Positions 1 through 9,160 of a DNA stretch of 19,837 nt are shown piece by piece; positions within the stretch are counted from its first letter, which is position 1, and every line of letters begins with the position of its first letter. A model generated the notes under the pieces. It saw only the letters and a list, made by a program, of their open reading frames with translations. It was not told where the DNA came from and did not search any database. The stretch comes from Ginkgo biloba. Taxonomy: Eukaryota > Plantae > Ginkgophyta. Both the position numbers and the translations under genes were made by a program. The stretch lies in NCBI GenBank assembly GCA_024626585.2, contig JANKJI020000004.1, forward strand, positions 9,551,229-9,571,065, in the 5' to 3' direction.

Positions 1-1500
1 TACAAGTATTAACCTTCTTTAATGTCCATTTATTGTTACCTCAAGCAAGATCCTAGGTTATATGGTTTCACATCACAACATAGTTTGACCCTTCCAAGAT
101 TAATCTTTAGGGAAACTTGGATTCGTAAAGAGGTTCTTAGCATACGTTTCTTTTAAGGATAAACCCTTCACAAATCTTGTCAAAAAATAATGTTTTACTT
201 AAGTGGTCAACAAAGGTCCAAGAAACTTATGAATATATGAAGGAACCTCTATTTTTAGTTCCCATTCTTATGGCCCCATAATTCGATAGACCTTTATTCC
301 TTTATGATTTAGCAAATGAATGTTCACATGGGGGCATACTTGACCATGAGGATGATTAAGATAAGAAAAGGATGATATATTTCATCATTCAAACCTTAAT
401 TGATTACAATATTAACTACACCTGGGTCAAGTGTCTTGCCTTAATTTTTTAAGCAAATAAGAGGAGGTAATATTGAACTAATGTTATAGCCTAATATCAT
501 CTACTCATATTCTTACTCAATAAACCTTATTTGACTAAATGATTTGGAATTTGGTCCATACTACTTCAATAATTTGACTCTCAGGTCATCAATAAAAAAT
601 ATAAAAAGGGTATGTCTCTTATATAATAACTAACAAATGCTCCCTTTCCAAATAATGATGAGGAACTTATTATATAATTTACAGATGAAAATATTCTCTA
701 TATAAATAAAGAATCAATACATAATGAAACATAATATAAGGATGTCATCAAATATCTAAAAACTCAAGAGTATTTAATAAAATTAAAACCAAAGGAAAGG
801 AACCAAATGAAAGTTACTATAAGAAAACACATTATCTTGGAAAATACACTCTATAAAATATTTTTTAATTTAATGTCTACATCCACTCAAAGCAACAAAA
901 CTATTATACAAGTATCACGATAATTTATGTAGGGAACATTTTAGTGGATAGAACAATGCCCAAAAGATTTTAAAAATAGATTTCTATCACCCAATAGCAT
1001 TTAAATAATTCCATGAGTATATTCAAAGATGTCAAAATTTCCAATTCCATGAAAATGAAATCCATAGGCTTGTATAATCTCTCAAATTGATATTTGCATC
1101 ATGGTCATTTTTTATGTAGGGCCTAGATATCATAGGCATAATTTACCATGCATCCTCTAATTAACAAAAATTAATTCTAATAGCCACAAAATACTTCACA
1201 AAGTGGTAGGTTATTCCTTTAACTATAAAAAGTGGACATACAACTACTATATTCATTTTCAATCAAATAATTTCTCATTTGGTGTCACTAATGTCATCAT
1301 CATAGATAATGGTCAATCATTTTACATCTAGCACATGAATGACCTTATCAAAGATTCAAGATCATATATATAGGAATTAATTTCCTTAATATCCCTAAGA
1401 AAATGGTCAAGTTAAGGCCATGAATAAGTCCTTGGTCAACATATTGAAATTAACCATTAACTAGTCCATGCATAACTAACATCTTAATATTTTTTATTCC
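1..1500 (+). mobile_element. Decayed Ty3/gypsy pol (Tat/Athila-group, non-chromovirus): RT thumb, RNase H, integrase; many stops and frameshifts
   Basis: Manual translation gives GKLGFVKRFL..KPFTNLVKK..KWS (RT thumb), PILMAP*FDRPLFLY..GGIL..IYFIIQTLIDYNINYT..CLAL and WSILLQ*FD (RNase H), HDNLCREHFSG..AQKILKIDFYHP..EYIQRCQNFQFH (HHCC), SWSFFM*GLDIIG..KLILIATKYFTKW, DNGQSF and NGQVKAMNKSLVNILK (integrase core). Confidence 0.9.
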
Positions 1501-2279
1501 CTAATGTGCACTATGGATGTTTCCATATGTGCAGAGGCAGCACAAAAATGTGCACTGAGGTGCACTGTGGAAAAACACACTTTTCCATGGTGGACTCTGT
1601 AACACACATATTTCCATGATGGATAGAGATCTATTTGTAAAAAAATAAAAATGAGAAAAATTCTTCAAGTTTCTTCTCAGTGATTTATCCCTCTTCTCAA
1701 AGTCTAACACTCATCTAGTGTTATCTGGAAGGCACTCGTTAGTATANNNNNNNNNNNNNNNNNNNNNNNNNNNNNNNNNNNNNNNNNNNNNNNNNNNNNN
1801 NNNNNNNNNNNNNNNNNNNNNNNNNNNNNNNNNNNNNNNNNNNNNNCCAAGTATCATCATTAAGCGAGTGTAATTGAATAGGTGGAAAGATAGATCAATA
1901 ATTATTATCACTTATTTATAGGAGATGATAAGAAAAAGTAAATGGTTATTAATATTCAATTGTACTATTACATCAAATTAATTAATTTGCAACCATAAGC
2001 CACACTTTACTCTCTATTAGTTGCATAAATTGAAATACTATAATATTAATAACATTGTGTGATAATTTATGCTCTTATTTTCTTCTCGTTATTTGTTATT
2101 ATCATTTTTAACTAAATCAATATGGATATCATATTCAAGTAAAACAAAAATTATTAATTCTAAATTATGTTCATGTTTAGACTCACAATTCGACATTATT
2201 GTTAAATTATTTTCTATGATAAATGTATCCATGAATATTAGTTAACAATACATATGCAAATAATGCATATGCCTCTTAT

Positions 2280-3410
2280 TCCAAAATTCCACTGCTTCAT
2301 CTAGCTAGTAATCCATTGGGAAATTTTGGCAGGGGACAAGCTAAGACAATGAGGCATACAAGGCCCACTAATATGCCACCTCTATGAACAAAACAAAGAA
2401 TCTTTCCAGGATCTTTTTTCCAAATGTAAGGTATCCCAAGAGATCTGAAAAAAAAGTTATTCAATGCATTCAATCAAGATTGGCAGCAAATCAGTGATGT
2501 TTGGGATCTTTTCAAACTTTCCCACATTGAAGACACACCTCTAACCAATCTCTTATGGAAAACAATGCCATTCAATAATTTATCGCACATTTCAACAGCA
2601 AGGAATAACAAATGCTTTTGGGAAATAAAAAATTACACTAAAACAATTCAAAAAATGTCCCTTAAATCTGTCGCTAAATAGATGGAAGTTCACCAACCAA
2701 AAATGCTCCAAGTTGATGCTAAGATCAATGTACTCTAGAAATTTGTAAGCAATACTTTCAACATCAAGCTCGGTTATATAAGGATATAAAAAAAGAAAAG
2801 GAAACCTTTGTCCAATCTTATGGTGAATCCAACTCTCCTTTTTGATGGATTGTGATCTATTTTTTAATCTAAATTGATTTTCTAGAAATTTTTTTTTTAT
2901 TNNNNNNNNNNNNNNNNNNNNNNNNNNNNNNNNNNNNNNNNNNNNNNNNNNNNNNNNNNNNNNNNNNNNNNNNNNNNNNNNNNNNNNNNNNNNNNNNNNN
3001 NCGCCCAGTCTTGTTGTTAATCAACTCTCTTTTTTTATGGGGTCTTCTATTGACAATCTAAGAACAGCAAGAGAAGGTGGTTGTTTGATCATTCTAAACC
3101 AAAAATATCAATTGGAGTATGTAGAAGGACTTGAAAAAATGTCCAACAATTATGTTAGGTTTTGATCTCTGATAAGGGGTTTGAAGATCGCTCTCCAAGA
3201 GGAGCCGAGAGGATTAACTATCAAAGGGGACTCAATGATTGGAATATCTTGTATTAACTTAAATATGATTCCCGAAGGTATGGTTCTTAATGATTTAATG
3301 GAGGAAGTTATGGATCTCCTAAACATTTTTTAGACTTGGAGGGAAAATCATGTCTACAAGGAGATAAATGGTGTGGTAGACAGACTACCGAAACAAAGCA
3401 CCTCTTTGGA
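2280..3410 (+). mobile_element. Decayed L1-clade LINE ORF2 3' part: zf-RVT domain followed by plant-type RNase H (RVT_3)
   Basis: ~2280-2640: KFHCFI*LVIHWEILAGDKLRQ*GIQGPLICHLYEQNKESFQDLFSKCKVSQEI*..LWKTMP..ARNNKCF (zf-RVT consensus). ~3030-3405: GSSIDN..EGG..EGLEKMSNNY..LIRGLKIAL..LTIKGDS..W..HVYKEINGVVDRL (RNase H DG..N, NN, EGDS, HVYRE.N..AD motifs, degenerate). Confidence 0.85.
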
Positions 3411-4002
3411 CTTTCAAAAAATACAATATCGTGAGGAAACTCTCGACTCAGATCTCGGTTGAAAAAAGATATAGTCTCAAAAAGGATATAAACAACTAAG
3501 AGCGCAATAACATGGAACAGGATGCAAGAGAGTTCAAGAACAAAATTTAAATAATAACAAGTCACATGTAATGTATAAATTTCTGTTGCAGCGTAAATTC
3601 CGCTAAAATAGGAGTGACCATAAAAATATGAACTATTTTCAACATTCTATAAAATACAAGGGTGGAATTTTTCCTCCTAAAATTTAAGAGTATTTTACAT
3701 ACAACTCTTCAGTAACAATGATTGTTAAAAGTTTTTTACTTGAAGCTGTCCATTAATTTTAATATTTAAAAAAAATCGGTATTCAATTTTTAGTGACTTG
3801 TTTAGTGAGTTGATATTTTTAGCTATACCTAAAAATAAAAGAATTCATGTTACCGGAATGGAGGTTGCAAGTTCTTAAAAAGGAGAGGGGGCTAATAAAA
3901 ATCTGCTTTCTTGTCCCATGTGACTGCGTTCTAAAAATTCCCTTGATTTTGAGACGGTTGCGAGACTACAACTAAATGTTAATGAAGTTTATAGTATTTT
4001 AC

Positions 4003-4080
4003 CAGCCTGTCCCGTTTGATAAATGTACTCTCCGGAGTAGCAGACATCGCCTCTCCCATGAACACACTTGCAGTTGCCAT
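4003..4080 (-). CDS. Putative first coding exon of an unidentified gene (MATASVFMGEAMSATPESTFIKRDRL|GT). If unspliced, a 33-aa sORF ending at 3979
   Basis: ATG in strong plant context (GATATGGCA: G at -3, G at +4, C at +5), 26 codons, then CTG|GTAAAA donor-like site and AT-rich sequence. No convincing downstream exon found within the window. Confidence 0.4.
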
Positions 4081-4172
4081 ATCGCTGGGATATGGGTTTG
4101 CTAGCTAAATTTACCTCAGGAAAGTTTTTTCTGTATTTCCTTACAGTAGCCCTTATCCTTCTAAGGGGATTG

Positions 4173-4194
4173 TTGGACTGAACCAGGAGCCAGA
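4173..4194 (-). promoter_or_regulatory. miR319(/miR159)-complementary site with central bulge (candidate endogenous target mimic)
   Basis: Minus strand 5'-TCTGGCTCCTGGTTCAGTCCAA-3' against miR319 5'-UUGGACUGAAGGGAGCUCCC-3': nt 1-10 perfectly paired, 2-nt GG bulge between nt 10/11, nt 11 G:U, nt 12-16 Watson-Crick, nt 17 G:U, 3' end unpaired. Confidence 0.4.
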
Positions 4195-4200
4195 GTAAAT

Positions 4201-4242
4201 TCAAATCTCGAAGCCCCTTATAATGAGGCTGAGAAAACCCAT
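4201..4242 (-). CDS. Putative upstream ORF, 13 aa (MGFLSLIIRGFEI*), first ATG of the predicted transcript
   Basis: ATG GGT TTT CTC AGC CTC ATT ATA AGG GGC TTC GAG ATT TGA in context CAAATGG (A at -3, G at +4), downstream of the predicted TSS. Confidence 0.35.
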   Translation of the reverse strand: MGFLSLIIRGFEI

Positions 4243-4314
4243 TTGAGCGAAGAAAAAGAGGATACTTCCAGAGAAATAATGGTTCAAGCAATGCAGCGTG
4301 TAAGAAACGAAGAA

Positions 4315-4348
4315 GATTGACTTCAATCTCGAGAGTTTTTTTTTATAG
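4315..4348 (-). promoter_or_regulatory. Putative Pol II core promoter: TATA box (TATAAAA, 4347-4341) and initiator-like TCAATC (4320-4315; predicted TSS ~4318)
   Basis: Minus strand reads CTATAAAAAAAAACTCTCGAGATTGAAGTCAATCTTCTTCGTTTCTT. The TATA is 29 nt upstream of the A of TCA and is followed by a pyrimidine (Y) patch, the canonical plant spacing. Confidence 0.55.
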
Positions 4349-4369
4349 ATGCGCCTGTCCAGGAATCAG

Positions 4370-4385
4370 AAAAAAAAAAAAAAAA
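4370..4385. repeat. Poly(dA:dT) tract, 16 nt, just upstream of the putative TATA box
   Basis: A16 run seen directly. Confidence 0.9.
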
Positions 4386-4581
4386 TCCATTGAAAGAAAA
4401 CTCCGTAAAGAAAAATCTCACGAGGAAGAAACACATCCAGTAAAATTTCATGAAGGATAATCCCAATTGAAATTAAAGGAGCCACATGCCATCATTGTGG
4501 AAAATCCCCATTAAGGAAAAGCCTTCGAATTTGACAACCTGTTGATGGCAGACGACTCAACCATCTTATTTTTTTACATAC

Positions 4582-4599
4582 ATATATATATATATATAT
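4582..4599. repeat. (AT)9 microsatellite
   Basis: catacATATATATATATATATATc seen directly. Confidence 0.95.
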
Positions 4600-4916
4600 C
4601 TGATCGAGCGAGAGAAGTCAACCTCTTCTCTTCAGGTTCATTAGAATGATTTAGTTCGATGGGTTGGGATCTCCAATTCTATAAAAAACGTTACACTCTC
4701 CTGCTCAGATATCTGCATGCAAGTTTGAGGTAGAAGTACATTATAATATAATATCTATACTATACACTAAAAAAAAGGGGAGTCCGTGAACGGAGAGAGA
4801 AGATAACGTGTGTTATNNNNNNNNNNNNNNNNNNNNNNNNNNNNNNNNNNNNNNNNNNNNNNNNNNNNNNNNNNNNNNNNNNNNNNNNNNNNNNNNNNNN
4901 NNNNNNNNNNNNNNNN

Positions 4917-5772
4917 TGATAAAGTTTTTTTTTTTTTTTGTGATGCGTCAAGCATGGGAATTGGAGTTGTGTTGAGTTAAGAAGGGTGTCAAGTTGAATA
5001 TTTTAGTGAAAATTTGAATGAGTCTCGAAGGAAGTATTCCATATATGACATGGAGTTTTATGCTTTGGCTCAAGCACTTAAGCATTAGAAACACTATATG
5101 CTACCTAGGGAGTTTGTACTATTCATTAATCATCAAGCTCTCATATTCATCAATTCAAAAGAAAAATTCAATGCTNNNNNNNNNNNNNNNNNNNNNNNNN
5201 NNNNNNNNNNNNNNNNGTAGAGTTACACTTTTATGTTATGACACACGTCAAAAAAATCAAACAGAGTGGCAAATGTGCTAAGTCAGAGGACAACATTAAT
5301 AGTTGTAATGTTGATAGAGGACATGAATTTCATGTCAATGAAGGATATGTATGCGACCAACATGGATTTTTAGTGATCTTGGGCATATGCCAAGAATCCA
5401 ACATATGAAAATGGTAATCTATTTGGAGAATANNNNNNNNNNNNNNNNNNNNNNNNNNNNNNNNNNNNNNNNNNNNNNNNNNNNNNNNNNNNNNNNNNNN
5501 NNNTTATAGTGGAGGTTTGGGAAGATATTTTGGCAAAGACAAGATGAATATATTAGTGGAGGATCAGTATTATTGCCCAAGAGTAAGGAAGAAAGTTAGC
5601 AAATTTGTGGAGTAGTGTTGAATTTGTCAAGTCACTAAAGGAAGATCATAAAATATGGGGTTATACAAACCTCTATCTATTTTGGATGTACCACAGACTA
5701 ATATATCCATGGATTTTCTTTAGGCCTATTGAACACTCAAAGAGAAAACAACATAGTATTTGTAGTGGTAGA
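4917..5772 (+). mobile_element. Decayed Ty3/gypsy chromovirus (CRM-like) pol fragment: RNase H and integrase N-terminus
   Basis: CDASSMGIGVVLS*EG..YFSENLNESRRKYSIYDMEFYALAQALKH*KHYMLPREFVLF.NHQAL; SNRVANVLS; SGGLGRYFGKDK..YYCPRVRKKVSKFVE*C*ICQVTKGRS*NMGLYKPL..ISMDF..VVVD, close to CRM-type consensus. Confidence 0.88.
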
Positions 5773-6087
5773 CATAAGGTGAAGGCCAATAAGGTCAGTG
5801 GGAGACATAAGGTGACTGACAAGGTTTGAGGATGAGGAGTCAGCAGAGCATCGACCTATTTTAGGGATGATGAAAAGAGATAAACTAACATCGATATGTG
5901 TGAGAAGCATCGATAGATGACATGCGATAGATAGGAANNNNNNNNNNNNNNNNNNNNNNNNNNNNNNNNNNNNNNNNNNNNNNNNNNNNNNNNNNNNNNN
6001 NNNNNNNNNNNNNNNNNNNNNNNNNNNNNNNNNNNNNGAAAAGACTTTCTAAAGTGAAAATACATTAATGTACATGATTAGTCATCA

Positions 6088-7140
6088 CTAATGCATCACA
6101 CTTGATGGTAAAGGTTTTATTAAAATTAAGAGTTTCCAACACTAGTGCTGAGATGAGGGCCTCTTTGATCCTTTCACATGCTTGTTCTTCCTTTTCATCC
6201 CATTTGAACATATCCATTTTTGTGAGTTTTTTTAGTGGAACAATGATTAATGAGTAGTTTCTTATGAACCATATATAAAATCCTTCCAAACCCAAAAATC
6301 CTCATAATTGTGTAAGGGTCTTTGACTTGAGACATTCAATGATTGTTTGGACATTGTATGGGTCCATTTGCACATCCTCCCTTGATACAATATTTCCCAA
6401 ATACTATATTTATGGTTTATCAAACTCACATTTTGATAGCATGGAATACAACTTATTCTCCTCCAACATTTATAATGTACAGTCGAGGTGTGTAGTATGT
6501 TCTTCAAGCATCCTATTATAAATGATGATATTGTCTAGATATATTCCCATTAAATTTTCTAGGTACTGATTAAATATCTTATTCTTCATCACTTTGAAGG
6601 TAGTTGGAGCATTACATAACCTAAATGGCATTACCATAAACCCATAGTATCCCCAGTGTGTACAAAAGGCATTCTTCTCTTATGCTTGGATGTGAGTTGA
6701 TATTTAATAGGATCGTAATATTAGATCATTTTTTATGAAGAAGGTTGCTCCATTAATATCATCCATTATTTCCTCAATTTGAGTCATGGTAAATTAATCC
6801 TTGATTATTATTTTATTTAATTCTTTATAAGTTATGAATTATTTAAAGGGCCCATCCTTTTTTCATGCCAAAACCATAGGTGCTACATAGGGTATCTTGC
6901 TTTCTATTATTACTCCCATTTCTAGTAATTCTATAGTTAACCTTTNNNNNNNNNNNNNNNNNNNNNNNNNNNNNNNNNNNNNNNNNNNNNACCTTGGGTT
7001 GTATCCAACTTGGTGGTATGCTTGTAGCCTTTGTTTAGTGGTAATCCTAAAGGGAGATCTTAAAATATTTCTTAATGTTTTTATAGCACCTTTTGAATCT
7101 TTAAGAGGTGTTGTTATAGATTTTGTATTTAGTACTTCCT
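6088..7140 (-). mobile_element. Decayed Ty3/gypsy chromovirus (Reina/Tekay-like) reverse transcriptase to start of RNase H
   Basis: Minus strand DLPLGLP..GYKH, KKDGP..YKELNKIIIKD*F..IEEIMDDINGATFF, AFCTHWGYYGFMVMPFRLCNAPTTF..IYLDNIIIY (decayed xDD motif), GLEGFY..FIRNYS.I..PL..LTK..FKW..IKEALISALVL..NFNKTFTIKCDA (ORF 6065-6295). Confidence 0.9.
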
Positions 7141-7809
7141 AGTTGTATAATATATCTATGAATACAAAATAATTTTTTTGGAGGATTTTATTCATTTTCT
7201 TAAAACTCACCNNNNNNNNNNNNNNNNNNNNNNNNNNNNNNNNNNNNNNNNNNNNNNNNNNNNNNNNNNNNNNNNNNNNNNNNNNNNNNNNNNNNNNNNN
7301 NNNNNNNNNNNTTATTATATTTAATAAGTGGTCGGGTCTATAGAGGTGAAGATTCACAAGAAGGCATCCCTCCTTGGGATCCCTAATCCCTAATTCTTTA
7401 TGACCATTTACCTTATACTTTTGAATAAGTGGCCTCAACATTATATTCCATTAAGTTCTCAGGTTCACTCAATTAGAATTTTGGTGAGTGTGACATGGGA
7501 AACTACTCTAAATCCCCAAATTTGGTTATTCTTAACTTATAAACCTATCGTCCCTATGATGTCAGGATTTAGGTGCATGTCTCTAATATTTTATGCACCC
7601 ACCTTTAGACCCCGAATCTTTGATAAATTTAATTTAACATTACATCAGGTCTATGGGGTTTTTTTTTATAACCCTTTTCCATAGCCTTGGGCACTAACCT
7701 CCTATCCCCTAATACCCTGATGCCCAATTAAATATAACACATAGAGCTCTTTAGTGTAAAATTGTGCACNNNNNNNNNNGTGGGGTGTTATCAGGATGCT
7801 CCTACATCA

Positions 7810-7822
7810 TACCCACTTTCTT
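7810..7822 (-). other. Polypurine tract preceding the 3' LTR
   Basis: Minus strand TTTTTTTTAAGAAAGTGGGTA|TGATGTAG: T-run plus purine tract immediately before the LTR TG. Confidence 0.6.
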
Positions 7823-8081
7823 AAAAAAAAATCATAAGCTCATGTTCATGATACATTCCTCTCTTCTCTACACCATTGACATATGTCCAATTCTTACTAT
7901 TGGTGCTCTATCCATATTTTATTTATCTTGCTCATCCTAACTATGGAATTTTTAATGTTCTCTACTTCCTAATATGAAATCTCTATGATCTTCTCCCTTT
8001 ACTTTCCTTACTCTCCTTGGCTCTAATANNNNNNNNNNNNNNNNATGGTATCAGACCCCTTTTTCTATGAGTTATTACTGA

Positions 8082-8093
8082 GCTCTAATACTA
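8082..8093 (-). other. Primer-binding site (tRNA-iMet type), decayed
   Basis: Minus strand ...CATCA TG TAGTATTAGAGC; equals TGGTATCAGAGC with two transitions, 2 nt from the LTR end. Confidence 0.7.
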
Positions 8094-9023
8094 CATGATG
8101 TAGCATGGGGTTTAGGAAGAATTAACACACATGTGGGATGGACCCACATACACGTTGATCACCCTATCACCTAGACTCACACCACCTCCAGGATCTTTAA
8201 AAACCCAACGGAGCTCCCACCATGGAGACTCATCTAGTCCATCAAGAATAAATTTTGGAAGCTCAAAATATAAGACCCATGGCAGGCACCCACAAATAAC
8301 ATAGGATGAATTATTTAACAAATGAACACACCACAGAACAAAAGAATAATATTTTTAATTAGAGAAACCCATGTGGGGAATAAAACTCTAGCTCTAATTA
8401 AGATCAAAATATATCAAACATTAATACAATAGCCTCTACAACTCTTCCTCAATATAGAAGGGATAAATACAAGATTTAAAAATAAATATTCACTTTACCA
8501 TTTGGGCCACTACCCTTGCAGTCTTAAGCTATCTCTCTGTTGGTGAATTTTCTTTGCATATTCTCTTATCTACTCTTCCTAGATAAAAACCTTCTCACCT
8601 ATCATCATATAGTGGAATACTTATCACCATCCCCTCTTACTACCTCTCTTGAAAATTTGTCAAGCATCCTTACACTCGACAAAATCCTAAATTATTGACA
8701 TCCTCCAATGTTCCTTGGGTCCACTCTCAACCATAAATCTACTTGAGAGAACTTATCTACATTGATGTCCTTAGGAAAAATTCACATCACCTATCTCTTC
8801 TTTCACTATTGAATGGATCCCACAACTCTGTTCATGGATTCTCTCTTTTTCTTCTTCTCCTTTCCAACAGGCGCTCNNNNNNNNNNNNNNNNNNNNNNNN
8901 NNNNNNNNNNNNNNNNNNNNNNNNNNNNNNNNNNNNNNNNNNNNNNNNNNNNNNNNNNNNNNNNNNNNNNNNNNNNGTCAATTCCACAACACTATTTTTT
9001 TTTTTTTTTCTTCATCATCACTA

Positions 9024-9160
9024 ATGGATGGCTCCCATGTCACTATCCATGGATCTCCATTTTAATTTCTCAAGTGGATGGCTCCCATAAAACTATCCAT
9101 AGATCTTCTTATTAATTTCTTCAATGGATCGATCCCACAACACTATTCATGGATCTATTC
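9024..9160. repeat. 50-bp tandem repeat (~3 copies) inside the LTR; related dispersed copies near 8813 and 8977
   Basis: Units start at 9024, 9074 and 9124 (ATGGATGGCTCCCA..ACTATCCATGGATCT..TTAATTTCT). Confidence 0.85.

Larger units (their letters stand above)
3580..4815. promoter_or_regulatory. CpG-retaining, non-TE island (probably unmethylated promoter / 5' gene region)
   Basis: Hand count of ~28 CG dinucleotides in ~1.2 kb versus ~4 in 1-1500. No TE protein motifs recognised in the frames I read. Contains TATA/Inr, a poly(dA:dT) tract and (AT)n. Confidence 0.7.

Noticed and set aside
4003-4030. FIKRDRL resembles the F..R[GD]..W end of exon 1 in NPH3/RPT2-like (NRL) genes
   Set aside because: Only 3 residues match, the Trp codon start is missing before GT, and no BTB exon is present in the window.
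3902-4194. Degenerate MIR319 precursor on the plus strand (TTGGACTGAA... with a possible star arm TCTGCTTTCTTGTCCCA)
   Set aside because: The mature sequence is interrupted, star pairing is poor, and neither a long foldback nor the conserved loop-proximal duplex is visible.
3989-4291. 100-aa minus-strand ORF in the provided track
   Set aside because: It starts at TTG, has no in-frame ATG and no recognisable domain. It overlaps the predicted leader and is better explained as an incidental open frame.
4165-4320. Plus-strand open frame GDCWTEPG...MQRVRNEED* after TCCTTCTAAG, followed by A16 (terminal exon or processed pseudogene?)
   Set aside because: The acceptor is a weak AAG, there is no upstream exon or known homology, and the E/K-rich frame is expected antisense to a CT-rich leader. 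It is not fully excluded without stranded RNA-seq.
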